64,000 nucleotides of DNA from Paracoccus sp. (in: a-proteobacteria) (lineage in GTDB: Bacteria; Pseudomonadota; Alphaproteobacteria; Rhodobacterales; Rhodobacteraceae): positions 1,385 through 65,384 of the forward strand of contig JBKEAB010000169.1 in assembly GCA_047971845.1 (NCBI GenBank), read 5' to 3'. Both the position numbers and the translations under genes were made by a program. The notes beneath the pieces are model-generated. The model had not been told where the DNA came from. It saw only the letters and a program-made list of their open reading frames with translations, and did no database searches. Shown here piece by piece: positions 38,106 through 48,446 of the stretch; position 1 is the stretch's first letter, and each line of letters starts with the position of its first letter.

Positions 38106-39443
38106 CTATTTGCCAATCAGCCTCACCAGAAAAAGGGACATATCCTGCCAAGCGGCAATAGCAAACAGGCCGATCAGGCTGGCCAACAGGAATGGCAAGG
38201 CACCACGCGCCACCCGTTCAATGGGCAGGCGCGTCACATTGGCTGCAACATAAAGATTGATCCCGACCGGGGGCGTAATCAGCCCTATGGCAAGGTTGAC
38301 CATCAGCAACACGCCAAACCAGACCGGATCCCAGTCCAGACCGTGAACCACAGGCATGAAGATCGGCAGGGAAATGAACATCACGGTCACAGCATCCATG
38401 AACATGCCCGCAATCAGCAGGATCAGCATGAGCACAGCAAGAATCACCCATTCATTGTCAGACAGGCCCAAAAGAGCCGTCGAATAACTGCCCACCAGAT
38501 CCTCGACGGTGACAACCCAACCAAACAGGCTGGCATAGGCCACGACCATCATGACCACGGCTGAAGACCCCGCCGCATCAGCCAGAGTTTCATAAAGCCC
38601 CCGGATGGTCAGCGTACGGTATACGATTCCACCCACAGCCAATGCATAGACAGTCGCAACCAGTGCTGCTTCAGTCGGTGTGAAGACTGCCGAGTAAATG
38701 CCACCCAGAATAACCACCGGCGTCAACAATCCCCAAAAACTGTCACGAAAGGCCTGCCAGAGCCGTATCAGATAGCCCTCCCCGGCATAGGGATCGGGGC
38801 TGAGCCGGTCCAATGCGGCACGTCCCTTTTCCCCGGACTGCCGCTGTGCAAAGGGCAGAACGAGGATCATGGTCAACCCCATGAAGATACCCGGCATGAT
38901 GGCGGCAATGAACAAATCGGAAATTGAGGTTTCAGCAATCACCCCATAGATGACAAGGCCGATCGAAGGCGGAATGACAATGGAAAAAGCCGCCCCCGTC
39001 GCCACCATCCCGGCAGCAAAGGCACGGTCATAGCCATCCTCCTCCATCGCCCTGATCAGCATCGGACCAATTGCCGCCACCGATGCCGGTCCGGAACCGG
39101 ATACGGCCCCCCAGAACAGGCACACCACCGTACCAACGATGCCCATTCCCCCCGGGAGATTACCGATTAGCACCCGGAAGAAACGGATCATCCGCTCGGC
39201 AATGCCAAGCGACCCCATAAGTGCGCCGGCCAGAATGAAGAAGGGAATTGGCAGCAATGAGTATTTCGCTATTCCCGCCGAGATCAGATCACCCGCCAAA
39301 TCAAAGCCGAAACCCATCAGCCACATGGCATAGATTGCTGACAGGCCAAGCGCAAAGGCCACCGGCACCCCGACAGCCATCAACAGGAAGAAGGCCACAA
39401 TCATCTGTGTTCCGGCAGGGATCTGGACAAGCAGGTCAGACAT
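38106..39443 (-). CDS. TRAP transporter large permease DctM
   Basis: GVPVAFALG, LPIPFFILAG, SGSGPA, IPPSI, FTPTEAA, ITPPVG. Confidence 0.95.
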   Translation of the reverse strand: MSDLLVQIPAGTQMIVAFFLLMAVGVPVAFALGLSAIYAMWLMGFGFDLAGDLISAGIAKYSLLPIPFFILAGALMGSLGIAERMIRFFRVLIGNLPGGMGIVGTVVCLFWGAVSGSGPASVAAIGPMLIRAMEEDGYDRAFAAGMVATGAAFSIVIPPSIGLVIYGVIAETSISDLFIAAIMPGIFMGLTMILVLPFAQRQSGEKGRAALDRLSPDPYAGEGYLIRLWQAFRDSFWGLLTPVVILGGIYSAVFTPTEAALVATVYALAVGGIVYRTLTIRGLYETLADAAGSSAVVMMVVAYASLFGWVVTVEDLVGSYSTALLGLSDNEWVILAVLMLILLIAGMFMDAVTVMFISLPIFMPVVHGLDWDPVWFGVLLMVNLAIGLITPPVGINLYVAANVTRLPIERVARGALPFLLASLIGLFAIAAWQDMSLFLVRLIGK

Positions 39444-39927
39444 CCGACACCTCGGGCGCGGCATGCACCGGAGCTCGCAGGACCGATATCGCATATTGCA
39501 GGTAACGTACGATAATCAACGCAAACCCAAACGGGACCGCTGCCTGATAATACCAGGCCGGAATCTGCAGGGCATAGGACCGCATCCCATTATTGATCAG
39601 ATTTGTCAGTGCTGCCCATGAAAACCATGTCGACATGGCCAGAAGCAGCGTTGAAAGTGCTGCAGCCATTACGAAAATCACGCGCCCCACCCATCCGGGA
39701 AGCAAACCGGTCAGTAATGTGACCGCCAAATGCTCGCCCCGACGTGCGGCAATGGCCGCTCCGAATATGGTCAGCAGCAGGAAGCCATTTGTCAGAATCT
39801 CTTCCGAGGCCGCAAACGAATAATTCGTCAGATAGCGCACACAGACATTGGCAAACCCCACAGCCGTCATGCACAGAAAGATCACCGCACAGATGATCTT
39901 TTCACCTTCATTCAGGATAAAGCGCAT
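39436..39927 (-). CDS. TRAP transporter small permease DctQ
   Basis: Four TM segments; VRY...SEE, RRGEHLAV. Confidence 0.9.
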   Translation of the reverse strand: MRFILNEGEKIICAVIFLCMTAVGFANVCVRYLTNYSFAASEEILTNGFLLLTIFGAAIAARRGEHLAVTLLTGLLPGWVGRVIFVMAAALSTLLLAMSTWFSWAALTNLINNGMRSYALQIPAWYYQAAVPFGFALIIVRYLQYAISVLRAPVHAAPEVSDV

Positions 39928-39943
39928 TATTCCTCCGGAAGGA

Positions 39944-39966
39944 TTGGCGGATCCCTGACCCGCCAA
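39944..39966 (-). other. Intergenic stem-loop after dctP
   Basis: TTGGCGG-N9-CCGCCAA inverted repeat between dctP and dctQ. Confidence 0.5.
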
Positions 39967-39987
39967 CCGGTTCAGCGTGCTGCCGGA

Positions 39988-40983
39988 TCATTCCGCCGCT
40001 GCAACGGCATCCTGAAACGATTTGACCAGATCCGGACCGACCTTTTCCGCCCATGTGTCAAATGCAGGCTGTGTTGCCTCGCGGAAGGCGGCCAGTTCTT
40101 CGTCCGTTGGCTCATGAATTTCCATGCCCTGTTCTTTCAGGAAACCGACGCCCTGCGCAGTCCCGTCGCGGCTGATCTGACGCTGATATTCCATAGCCTC
40201 GGTCGCAGCCTCCTGAAACTGCGCCTGGGTCCCGGCATCAAGACTGTCCCATTTCGCCATCGAGATACCCAGGAACAGCGGATCATAGGAATAATGCCAG
40301 GTCGTCAGATATTTCTGCATCTCATAGACCTGCTGCGGAATAATGACCGCCCCGATTGGGTTTTCCTGCCCATCGACCACCCCTTGCTGCAACGCAGTCA
40401 GGGTTTCCGACCACTGCATCTGCTGCGGATTGGCACCAAGAGCATTCATCACATCAATATACATCGGTCCGGCAACGCGGACATTCATGCCCTTCATATC
40501 TTCGGGTGTTTTCACAGGATGAGAATTGTTGGTCAGCTCCCGAAAGCCATTCTCGCCCCAGGCCAGAACCTTGATACCCTTCCCGGCCAGAATATCTTCC
40601 AGCGGTTTCACCGCATCGCCCTGCGTCGTGGCATCAACCTGCTGATAGTTCTCATACATGTAAGGCAGCGAGAAAACCGCCATTTCCGGCACCAGAGGCG
40701 TCACATTGATTGCCGAGGTAACAACCAGATCCAATGCGCCGCGGCCAACCATTTCAGCCTGTTTCATCTGATCCCCGCCAGACAGCTGGGCATTGGGGAA
40801 GACACGCACATCATAACTGCCACCGGTCTTCCCGGACAGGAGTTCCCCAAACTTTTCTGCCCCCTTCTGCCATGTGGTCGTATCACCAACATTATGCGAC
40901 AGGCGCAACGTTTCGGCCTGAACCGTCAATACCATGGCAGCCGAAGCTGCCAATGCGGCAAGGCTGATGCGGATAAAACTCAT
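39988..40983 (-). CDS. TRAP transporter substrate-binding protein DctP
   Basis: Signal peptide; FPNAQL, GENGFR, MNVRV, LQQGVVDGQENP. Confidence 0.94.
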   Translation of the reverse strand: MSFIRISLAALAASAAMVLTVQAETLRLSHNVGDTTTWQKGAEKFGELLSGKTGGSYDVRVFPNAQLSGGDQMKQAEMVGRGALDLVVTSAINVTPLVPEMAVFSLPYMYENYQQVDATTQGDAVKPLEDILAGKGIKVLAWGENGFRELTNNSHPVKTPEDMKGMNVRVAGPMYIDVMNALGANPQQMQWSETLTALQQGVVDGQENPIGAVIIPQQVYEMQKYLTTWHYSYDPLFLGISMAKWDSLDAGTQAQFQEAATEAMEYQRQISRDGTAQGVGFLKEQGMEIHEPTDEELAAFREATQPAFDTWAEKVGPDLVKSFQDAVAAAE

Positions 40984-41115
40984 GACAAATTCTCCCTGAT
41001 ATTCATTTACGGCAGACCAGATCGGCCATGGCCTGTTCTGCACGTCAGAATGGACCAGTTTCACTCTCATATACAAGTACAAGCAATAGACACAGGTATT
41101 TTCATAACAAAGGCC

Positions 41116-41634
41116 TCAGCTGTCCTTTATCAGGTCACAGTACATGATCAGGGCATCAACATAGCCTTTTCCCGGATGCCGGAATGCCCCCGGCAAACGG
41201 CCGACAATATCGAAGCCTGCCCTTTCCCAGACACGCACGGCCCCTTCATTGGTTGAAACAACAAAATTGAACTGCATGGCCCGGAAGCCCTGCATGCGCG
41301 CCCACTTCTGTGCCTGCCTGACAAGTCCGGCAGCAACACCCTGCCCACGGGCTTCCGGTGCGGTGGCAAAACCGGCATTAGCCACATGTGCTCCGCCACC
41401 ACCCCGGTTCGCCCCGATATGGCTGGTACCGAGAACCCGCCCGTCCAGTTCTGCGACAAAAACTGTGAAAGGTGCCCCGAACCAATCGGAAAGCGCATCC
41501 TCACGCGAGATGCCGCGGTCAATGCAATAGGTCTCCCCAGCACGATAGACAGGTTCCAGAATATGCCAGATGGCATTGTGATCCCGTATCTCGGCCTTGC
41601 GGATCACCAATGACGTGCTTTCCTGCCGCGTCAT
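41116..41634 (-). CDS. GNAT-family N-acetyltransferase
   Basis: ARGQGVA acetyl-CoA motif; AMQFNFVVSTN, AFRHP..GYVDA. Confidence 0.9.
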   Translation of the reverse strand: MTRQESTSLVIRKAEIRDHNAIWHILEPVYRAGETYCIDRGISREDALSDWFGAPFTVFVAELDGRVLGTSHIGANRGGGGAHVANAGFATAPEARGQGVAAGLVRQAQKWARMQGFRAMQFNFVVSTNEGAVRVWERAGFDIVGRLPGAFRHPGKGYVDALIMYCDLIKDS

Positions 41635-41636
41635 GT

Positions 41637-42764
41637 TCAGAACAGCACTACGGAACGTATCGACTTACCTGCATGCATCAGATCGAAACCCTTGTTGATA
41701 TCCTCCAGAGGCATAGTGTGGGTAATCATCGGGTCTATCTCGATCTTGCCATCCATGTACCAGTCCACAATTCTGGGTACATCTGTACGGCCACGGGCAC
41801 CGCCGAATGCGGTCCCCTTCCAGACCCGCCCTGTTACCAGCTGGAAAGGGCGGGTACTGATTTCCGCACCTGCCGGAGCCACGCCGATAACAACCGACAC
41901 GCCCCAGCCACGATGCGTGCATTCCAGGGCATCACGCATGACCTGAACATTACCGGTTGCATCAAAGCTGTAATCAACACCTCCGATCTGGTCGAAGGGG
42001 GTTCTGGTCAGGTTCACGATTTCCTGCACGATATTTTCGGTTTCCGATGGATTTATGAAATGGGTCATGCCAAATTTTTCGGCCATGGCCTTCCTGCCAT
42101 CGTTCGGATCCACACCGATGATCATATCGGCACCCGCCAGCCGCAATCCCTGAATGACATTCAGTCCGATCCCGCCCAAACCGAAAACGGCTGCCGTGGC
42201 ACCGATCTCGACCCCGGCCGTATTGATAACCGCCCCAATACCGGTCGTCACGCCACAGCCGATATAACAGATCTTGTCAAAGGGGGCGTCTTTGCGGACC
42301 TGCGCAACCGCAATCTCCGGCATGACCGTATAATTCGAAAATGTCGAACACCCCATATAATGATGGATCGGCGTCCCGTCAGCCATGATGAAGCGACTGG
42401 TCCCATCAGGCATCAGCCCCTGCCCCTGTGTCGTCCGGATTGCTGTGCACAGATTGGTCTTCCCCGACAGGCAGGACGCACATTGCCTGCATTCAGGCGT
42501 ATAAAGAGGAATTACATGATCCCCCGGCCTGAGGCTGGTCACTCCCGGGCCGACCTCAACCACGACACCCGCGCCCTCATGACCCAGAATGGACGGGAAT
42601 ATCCCTTCAGGATCTGCCCCCGACAAGGTGAATTCATCAGTATGGCAAATACCTGTGGCTTTGATTTCAATCATCACCTCGCCTGCGCCGGGGCCATCAA
42701 GACTGACGTCCATCACCTCCAGTGGCTTGCCTGCCTCAAGCGCAACGGCTGCACGGGTTTTCAT
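41637..42764 (-). CDS. frmA: S-(hydroxymethyl)glutathione dehydrogenase / class III alcohol dehydrogenase
   Basis: GICHTD, LGHEG, structural Zn Cys cluster, GCGVTTG, RPFQLVTGRVWKGTAFGG. Confidence 0.96.
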   Translation of the reverse strand: MKTRAAVALEAGKPLEVMDVSLDGPGAGEVMIEIKATGICHTDEFTLSGADPEGIFPSILGHEGAGVVVEVGPGVTSLRPGDHVIPLYTPECRQCASCLSGKTNLCTAIRTTQGQGLMPDGTSRFIMADGTPIHHYMGCSTFSNYTVMPEIAVAQVRKDAPFDKICYIGCGVTTGIGAVINTAGVEIGATAAVFGLGGIGLNVIQGLRLAGADMIIGVDPNDGRKAMAEKFGMTHFINPSETENIVQEIVNLTRTPFDQIGGVDYSFDATGNVQVMRDALECTHRGWGVSVVIGVAPAGAEISTRPFQLVTGRVWKGTAFGGARGRTDVPRIVDWYMDGKIEIDPMITHTMPLEDINKGFDLMHAGKSIRSVVLF

Positions 42765-42912
42765 GATCCTGCCTCCCTGTTTTCTGCACACAGATTCGGA
42801 TGCAGGCCTGCTCACGTCAAGATCTGGCAAACCGGAGAGGCATATCAAACAAAATGACCTGCCAGCCACTGTTCAACATTGCCCGACATCGTACAATCTG
42901 GCAAATTGATTC

Positions 42913-42930
42913 ACTAACAGACTGGTTAGT
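42913..42930. promoter_or_regulatory. Palindromic candidate operator between frmA and alpha-2-macroglobulin
   Basis: ACTAAC-N6-GTTAGT in an AT-rich divergent intergenic region. Confidence 0.4.
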
Positions 42931-42950
42931 TATCTTATAAGAGGTTTTTG

Positions 42951-45900
42951 ATGCGCAAGGCGTTTTCCGCAGCAGTTGCACTGGCATTAACAATATTCGC
43001 AACAGTTGCGGGGGCCGAAGACGCGATACCAGAAAATCGCCTCGTACTGCAAAAAGATTTCGACCTTCCCGGCGGGGATCTCGGGCCTGTCTTCGACATC
43101 AGCCAGCCTGCCTGCGTTCAGGCTTGCCTGTCCAATACATCCTGTACTGCCCTGACTTACAACATTGCCTCGCGCGCCTGCTTTCCCAAAGCCAATCCCG
43201 ACCAGCCCATACCCTTCGAAGGGGCCCTGTCCGGGCAGGTCCTGACAGCCGATCCGATTATCCGTGCACATGCAACTGAACGACTGAAAAATGCCGGAGA
43301 CTGGCTGAGAAGCCATGATCGTACCAATGCACTGCGCCAGGCCAGCCGGCTGGGACAGGAATATCCCGGTTATGGAATTTCAACCGGCGAATTGTCCGAG
43401 ATTGCCTTTTCTTGGAGCGACAGCAGCAGCAATCCCGAAGCGATCCGGTCCCAAGCTGCCCTGGTCGCAATAACCGACTCCGCTAATGATTGGTTTTTTC
43501 TGGCCCGGCGTTTTAACATGGTTGCGGAAAATACGTCTTCGAACACACGGGAACTGCACGAAGCAGCCCTTTCTGCCGCCACAAATTCATGGCTGCGGGA
43601 TACCGGAGGTGGAGCCCCCGCACTTGCCATTTGGGCAGAGACGGCCAGGAAACTTGGCCGGGGCCGGGACGGGCTTCAGGCCCTGTATGCAGGACCTCAG
43701 GATCACCCGGCCATCGCATCAATCATTGATGATTTCGAAGGCAAATACGGCTTCCGTATTCAGGACCATGATGTTGTCGCCAACGGTCCACAGCCACGGC
43801 TCTGCGTCGATTTTTCGGATAATGTTGCCCGCAACACCGATCTGCGTCCCTATGTGGATCTGCCCGATCCGACACTTGGCATTGAAGTCCGGGGCGATAA
43901 CCTGTGCATTACCGGCGTGACACGCGGCAGCGAAATTGCCGTGACCATGCGCAGAGGATTACCGGCAGCCACAGGCGAGATCCTGCGCCGTGATGTTGCA
44001 TTGACGGCCTATATTCCTGACCGAAATCCGACAGTGCGGTTTCCCGGGCGTACTTATGTCCTGCCGGCTTCGGGAGATCTTGGCCTGACGCTTTACACCG
44101 TCAATACTGATGAGGCTGAGCTGACACTCTATCGCATGTCTGACCGTAATCTGGTCAGTGCTCTGCGCGATGAAATGTTCGGTACGCCCTTGCAGGGCTG
44201 GCGTGAAAGTCGCTTTACTGCAGAACTGGGCGAACAGGTCTGGAAAGGATTTGCTGGTATTGCCCCGCCAACCGGGAGCGGCAGCCATCCGGTCAATGCC
44301 GAAGTTGCAACCCGCTTGGACCTCCGTGCCGAAGCTGGCCCCCTGCAGCCCGGCATCTACGCCCTCAAGGCCGCTATCCCGGAAGGGAATGAGGATGTCA
44401 GCCCATCGGCAACACAATGGTTCATGGTGTCCGATCTCGGCCTGTCAAGCTATTCCGGATCCGACGGGCTGGCGGTTGTGGTTCGCGGCCTGTCAGATGC
44501 TGACACCCGCCTTGGAATTGAGGTCGCATTGGTATCACGCGGTAATGCCGTCCTGAGCACCGCCACAACTGACGGTCAGGGCATTGCCCGCTTTGATGCC
44601 GGCCTGACCCGTGGACGTGACGCAGCAGAACCCGCACTGATAACCGCGACCCGGCTGGACGGGGATCGTATCGCGGATCTCAGTTTCCTGTCACTCATGG
44701 ATCCGGAATTCGATCTTTCTGATCGCGGGGTTGAAGGCAATCCGCCTGCGCCACCCATAGATGTCTTTGCCTCACTGGATCGCGGAGCCTACCGCGCCGG
44801 AGAAACCGCTCACGCAACGATCCTGACCCGGAATGCCAGGACCGCAGCCATAGACGAACTGCCACTGCGTGCCACGGTCCTGCGTCCGGACGGTGCCGAA
44901 TATACCCGCCTCATGCCTGCGCCTGCAGGCGACGGGGGATATGTGTTGAATGTACCTATCCCAGCAACGGCACCTCGTGGAACATGGCGGATCGACCTGC
45001 GTGTCGAAGAAGATGGTCCGGCCCTGGCCTCGATGCCGATGCTGGTCGAAGACTTCCTGCCCGAACGGATAGATTTCGATCTTGATCTTGGCGATCAGCC
45101 ACTGGCACCGGACACGGAAATTATCTCCGCCATCCAGGCCCGCTGGCTTTATGGAGCCCCTGCCGCCGAACTGCCCGTGGAAGGCGAAATGATGCTGCGC
45201 CCTGCACATAGCCTGCCAGGGTGGGATGGTTACAGTTTCGGCCGCCATGACGACAACCGATCCCAGACCGCGCAGATGATTGCAGGTTGGACCGATGTCA
45301 ATGGTAATTACACGGCCAGTATCAGGCTGCCGGCCACCATGGCTGACACTTTAGTCCCCATGAACGCCGAACTGCGACTGAATGTTCTGGAAGGTGCCGG
45401 CCGCCCGGTTGAACGGCGTGACACGGCACTGGTCCTGCCCGCGCAAGCAATACCAGGGATCAAGCCCGCCTTTGACGACATGACTGTCCCTGAAGGAGGT
45501 GAAGCTCAGTTTTCCGTCATTGCCCTTGGTCCGGACCTGATCCCCCAGCAGGGTGAATTCGAATGGCAGCTGAACCGGATAGATACGGATTATCAATGGT
45601 ATTCCATTGACGGCGACTGGCAATGGGAACCGGTCATACAGCGCGATATGGTTGCATCAGGATTGATCACACTTTCGGACACCGGACCGGTCCCCTTGTC
45701 GGTGGCGGTCGAATGGGGCGAGTTCGAGCTGGTCGTAAAATCCGCAAATGGGGCTGAAACCTCAATCCAGTTCTATGCCGGTTGGGGTACTGCTGCATCC
45801 GCCAAAGACACACCTGACCGTCTGCGCGTGACACTGGACAAGCCTGCCTATCGTCATGGCGAAACGGCCACCGTGACCTTTGATGCACCGGCTGACGGCG

Positions 45901-48446
45901 CGGCAACGGTCTCTGTCATGTCAAACCGGCTGATTGCAATGCAGACGGTGACAGTACGCGAAGGCAACAATACGGTTTCACTTCCCGTTACCGATGAATG
46001 GGGTGCAGGCGTGTATGTTGCCGTCACCACAATCCGTCCGGTGGGCAAAAATGCCGGTCATGCTCCGATCCGGGCACTGGGCCTTGCTCCGGCTTCGATA
46101 GATCCCGCTGACAAGTTGCTTCAGGTTGCGTTTGATGCACCTGTTGAATCAGATCCCAGAAAGGACACTCATGTCACACTCAATGTAACCGGTGCAGAAG
46201 CAGGCGAAACCATCCATGCAACGATCTGGGCCGTAGATCAGGGGATCCTGAACATTACTGGCTACCAACCGCCATCAGCCACCAGTCATTATTTCGGAAA
46301 ACGCAGGCTGGGCGTCGGATTGAGGGATCTTTACGGTCGGCTGATTCTCGCCTCCGGAGCCAGCAATGGCGCGATCCGTTCCGGCGGAGATGTCCCGGCA
46401 GCGGCAGCGGCAGCCCCTGCACCCACCGAAAAATTGATGGCGTGGTTCTCTGGTCCGGTTACTCTGGATGCAAATGGCAAGGCACAGGTCGCCATTTCCC
46501 TGCCCGACTTCAACGGTGAAGTCCGGTTGATGGCCATCGCCTGGACAGGAAAAGCCGTCGGCCAGGCCGATACGACCATTCTGGTACGCGACCCCGTTGT
46601 CATGACAGTCACTGCCCCGGCCTTCATGTCACCCGGAGACACGGCCCGCATGTCGCTTGATCTGACACATGTATCAGGTCCGGCGGGCGAGGTTTCACTT
46701 TCCCTGATGCCCGATGCAGACGGGATAACAATTAGCACATCAGGCTTGCCTGACACAGTATCACTGACCGAAGGAGAAAGGCTGCCTCTTGCCATCACAC
46801 TGGATGCGCCGCAGACCGAAGGCCCCGCTGGGATACGGATTACAGCCGTCCTGCCCGATGGGCGCAGTATTACAAAGGATCTACAAATACCCGTCAGCCG
46901 TCAGGATCAGACCATCACACGCAGCATGCGCATAACCATCAACCCCGGAGAGAACCTTTCCGCTGACATAACAAAACTGGGCTCATTCCATCCCGGTTCA
47001 GGCCGGGTCTCCATGTCGGTCGGGGCCTACGCCCTTCTGGATATTCCGGCCGTACTGACACTGCTACGCAATTTTTCCTATGGCTGCACCGAACAGATTG
47101 CCTCAGCTGCAATCCCGCAGCTTTATGCGGCCGGCCTGATGCCCGACACCACCGCTCCCGACCGGTTCAGTGGTTCCGGAAAGAACATGGATCAGGCAAT
47201 CAGCCGGATCATGACACGCCAGACACCCCGGGGCGGGTTCGGGCTGTGGAATGCACGCAACAGTGAGGCATGGCTGGATGCCTTTGTAACAGATTTCCTG
47301 TCCCGCTCACGGACCGCAGGACACAACGTTCCTGAAGCCAATTTTAACCGTGCACTCAATAATCTGCAAAGCCGGATGAATACGGCATCAGATCCGGAAT
47401 ACATTTCGGATCATGAGGCTGCCGCATTGGCCTATGCCGCGTATGTCCTGGCCCGCGAAGGTCGGGCAGTCGTCAGTGACCTGCGGTATTATGCCGATGC
47501 CGGAAGCGGGAGTTTCAATACCCCGATGTCAGCGGCCCAGCTTGGTGCCGCACTGGCATTCATAGGGGATCAGCCTCGTGCCGACCGCATGTTTGGCCAT
47601 GCAGCCCGGCTTCTGGCAAAGAACGATGATCCATCCGGCCTGCGCCGGGATTTTGGGACCCTGCTGCGTGACCAAGCAGCTGTTCTTGCCCTTGCCGTTG
47701 AAGCCGGATCAGAGCGCATCAACCGTGAAGCGCTTGCCAGCCAGATAGCCAATGGTATTGCCGACCGGAACGGACGTGGTGGCTTATCCACGCAAGAAGC
47801 CATGTGGACCGTTCTGGCTGCACAGGCTCTGGCCAGCGGTGATGATTCCGGGCAAGGAATCACGCTCGGCAATACCGCGCTGAACATGCCGGTGATTGAC
47901 CTCGGCGATATCGGAGCGCCGCTTGATCAGCCCATCGGCAATCAGGGGAACCGGCCGGTCAATGTAACGATTTCAGCCACTGCCATACCTGCGGAACCGG
48001 TCAGCGCCGGCGGAACAGCCTATGCCATATTCCGGCGTTATTTCACCCCTGATGGTGAAACCGTGGATCCATCTCAGGTTACACAGGGGCAACGCATGGT
48101 TGCCGTCTTGGAAATCACCCCGTTTGAAGATACCAGTGGTCGCCTGATTATCACGGATCCCTTGCCAGCCGGATTCGAGATCGACAACCCCAACCTGATC
48201 GAGACAGGTGAACTCGACGGACTGGACTGGTATAAAGGCAGCCCATCAACCGAAATGTCAGAATTCCGCGCTGATCGGTTTGCCGCTTCGCTGGAACATT
48301 CCGGTGAGGAAAGTTTTCAGCTGGCCTATCGCCTGCGAGCGGTGACGACCGGTGAATTCCATCATCCGGCAGCTACGGTATCTGATTTCTATCGCCCGGA
48401 TCAGAGTGGCTGGACTGCCAGTGGCACAGTCGTTGTCACCCCCTGA
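42951..48446 (+). CDS. Bacterial alpha-2-macroglobulin with N-terminal PAN/apple domain
   Basis: About 1830 aa; QWFMVSDLGL, DRGAYRAGE, AVDQGIL, PDFNGEVRLMA, thioester YGCTEQ (47085-47096), DPLPAGFEI; followed by pbpC. Confidence 0.95.
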   Translation: MRKAFSAAVALALTIFATVAGAEDAIPENRLVLQKDFDLPGGDLGPVFDISQPACVQACLSNTSCTALTYNIASRACFPKANPDQPIPFEGALSGQVLTADPIIRAHATERLKNAGDWLRSHDRTNALRQASRLGQEYPGYGISTGELSEIAFSWSDSSSNPEAIRSQAALVAITDSANDWFFLARRFNMVAENTSSNTRELHEAALSAATNSWLRDTGGGAPALAIWAETARKLGRGRDGLQALYAGPQDHPAIASIIDDFEGKYGFRIQDHDVVANGPQPRLCVDFSDNVARNTDLRPYVDLPDPTLGIEVRGDNLCITGVTRGSEIAVTMRRGLPAATGEILRRDVALTAYIPDRNPTVRFPGRTYVLPASGDLGLTLYTVNTDEAELTLYRMSDRNLVSALRDEMFGTPLQGWRESRFTAELGEQVWKGFAGIAPPTGSGSHPVNAEVATRLDLRAEAGPLQPGIYALKAAIPEGNEDVSPSATQWFMVSDLGLSSYSGSDGLAVVVRGLSDADTRLGIEVALVSRGNAVLSTATTDGQGIARFDAGLTRGRDAAEPALITATRLDGDRIADLSFLSLMDPEFDLSDRGVEGNPPAPPIDVFASLDRGAYRAGETAHATILTRNARTAAIDELPLRATVLRPDGAEYTRLMPAPAGDGGYVLNVPIPATAPRGTWRIDLRVEEDGPALASMPMLVEDFLPERIDFDLDLGDQPLAPDTEIISAIQARWLYGAPAAELPVEGEMMLRPAHSLPGWDGYSFGRHDDNRSQTAQMIAGWTDVNGNYTASIRLPATMADTLVPMNAELRLNVLEGAGRPVERRDTALVLPAQAIPGIKPAFDDMTVPEGGEAQFSVIALGPDLIPQQGEFEWQLNRIDTDYQWYSIDGDWQWEPVIQRDMVASGLITLSDTGPVPLSVAVEWGEFELVVKSANGAETSIQFYAGWGTAASAKDTPDRLRVTLDKPAYRHGETATVTFDAPADGAATVSVMSNRLIAMQTVTVREGNNTVSLPVTDEWGAGVYVAVTTIRPVGKNAGHAPIRALGLAPASIDPADKLLQVAFDAPVESDPRKDTHVTLNVTGAEAGETIHATIWAVDQGILNITGYQPPSATSHYFGKRRLGVGLRDLYGRLILASGASNGAIRSGGDVPAAAAAAPAPTEKLMAWFSGPVTLDANGKAQVAISLPDFNGEVRLMAIAWTGKAVGQADTTILVRDPVVMTVTAPAFMSPGDTARMSLDLTHVSGPAGEVSLSLMPDADGITISTSGLPDTVSLTEGERLPLAITLDAPQTEGPAGIRITAVLPDGRSITKDLQIPVSRQDQTITRSMRITINPGENLSADITKLGSFHPGSGRVSMSVGAYALLDIPAVLTLLRNFSYGCTEQIASAAIPQLYAAGLMPDTTAPDRFSGSGKNMDQAISRIMTRQTPRGGFGLWNARNSEAWLDAFVTDFLSRSRTAGHNVPEANFNRALNNLQSRMNTASDPEYISDHEAAALAYAAYVLAREGRAVVSDLRYYADAGSGSFNTPMSAAQLGAALAFIGDQPRADRMFGHAARLLAKNDDPSGLRRDFGTLLRDQAAVLALAVEAGSERINREALASQIANGIADRNGRGGLSTQEAMWTVLAAQALASGDDSGQGITLGNTALNMPVIDLGDIGAPLDQPIGNQGNRPVNVTISATAIPAEPVSAGGTAYAIFRRYFTPDGETVDPSQVTQGQRMVAVLEITPFEDTSGRLIITDPLPAGFEIDNPNLIETGELDGLDWYKGSPSTEMSEFRADRFAASLEHSGEESFQLAYRLRAVTTGEFHHPAATVSDFYRPDQSGWTASGTVVVTP

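Noticed and set aside
39730..42857. Long plus-strand ORFs (508 aa and 461 aa)
   Set aside because: They are antisense to dctP/dctQ and frmA, have no recognisable motifs, and are typical shadow ORFs of GC-rich DNA.
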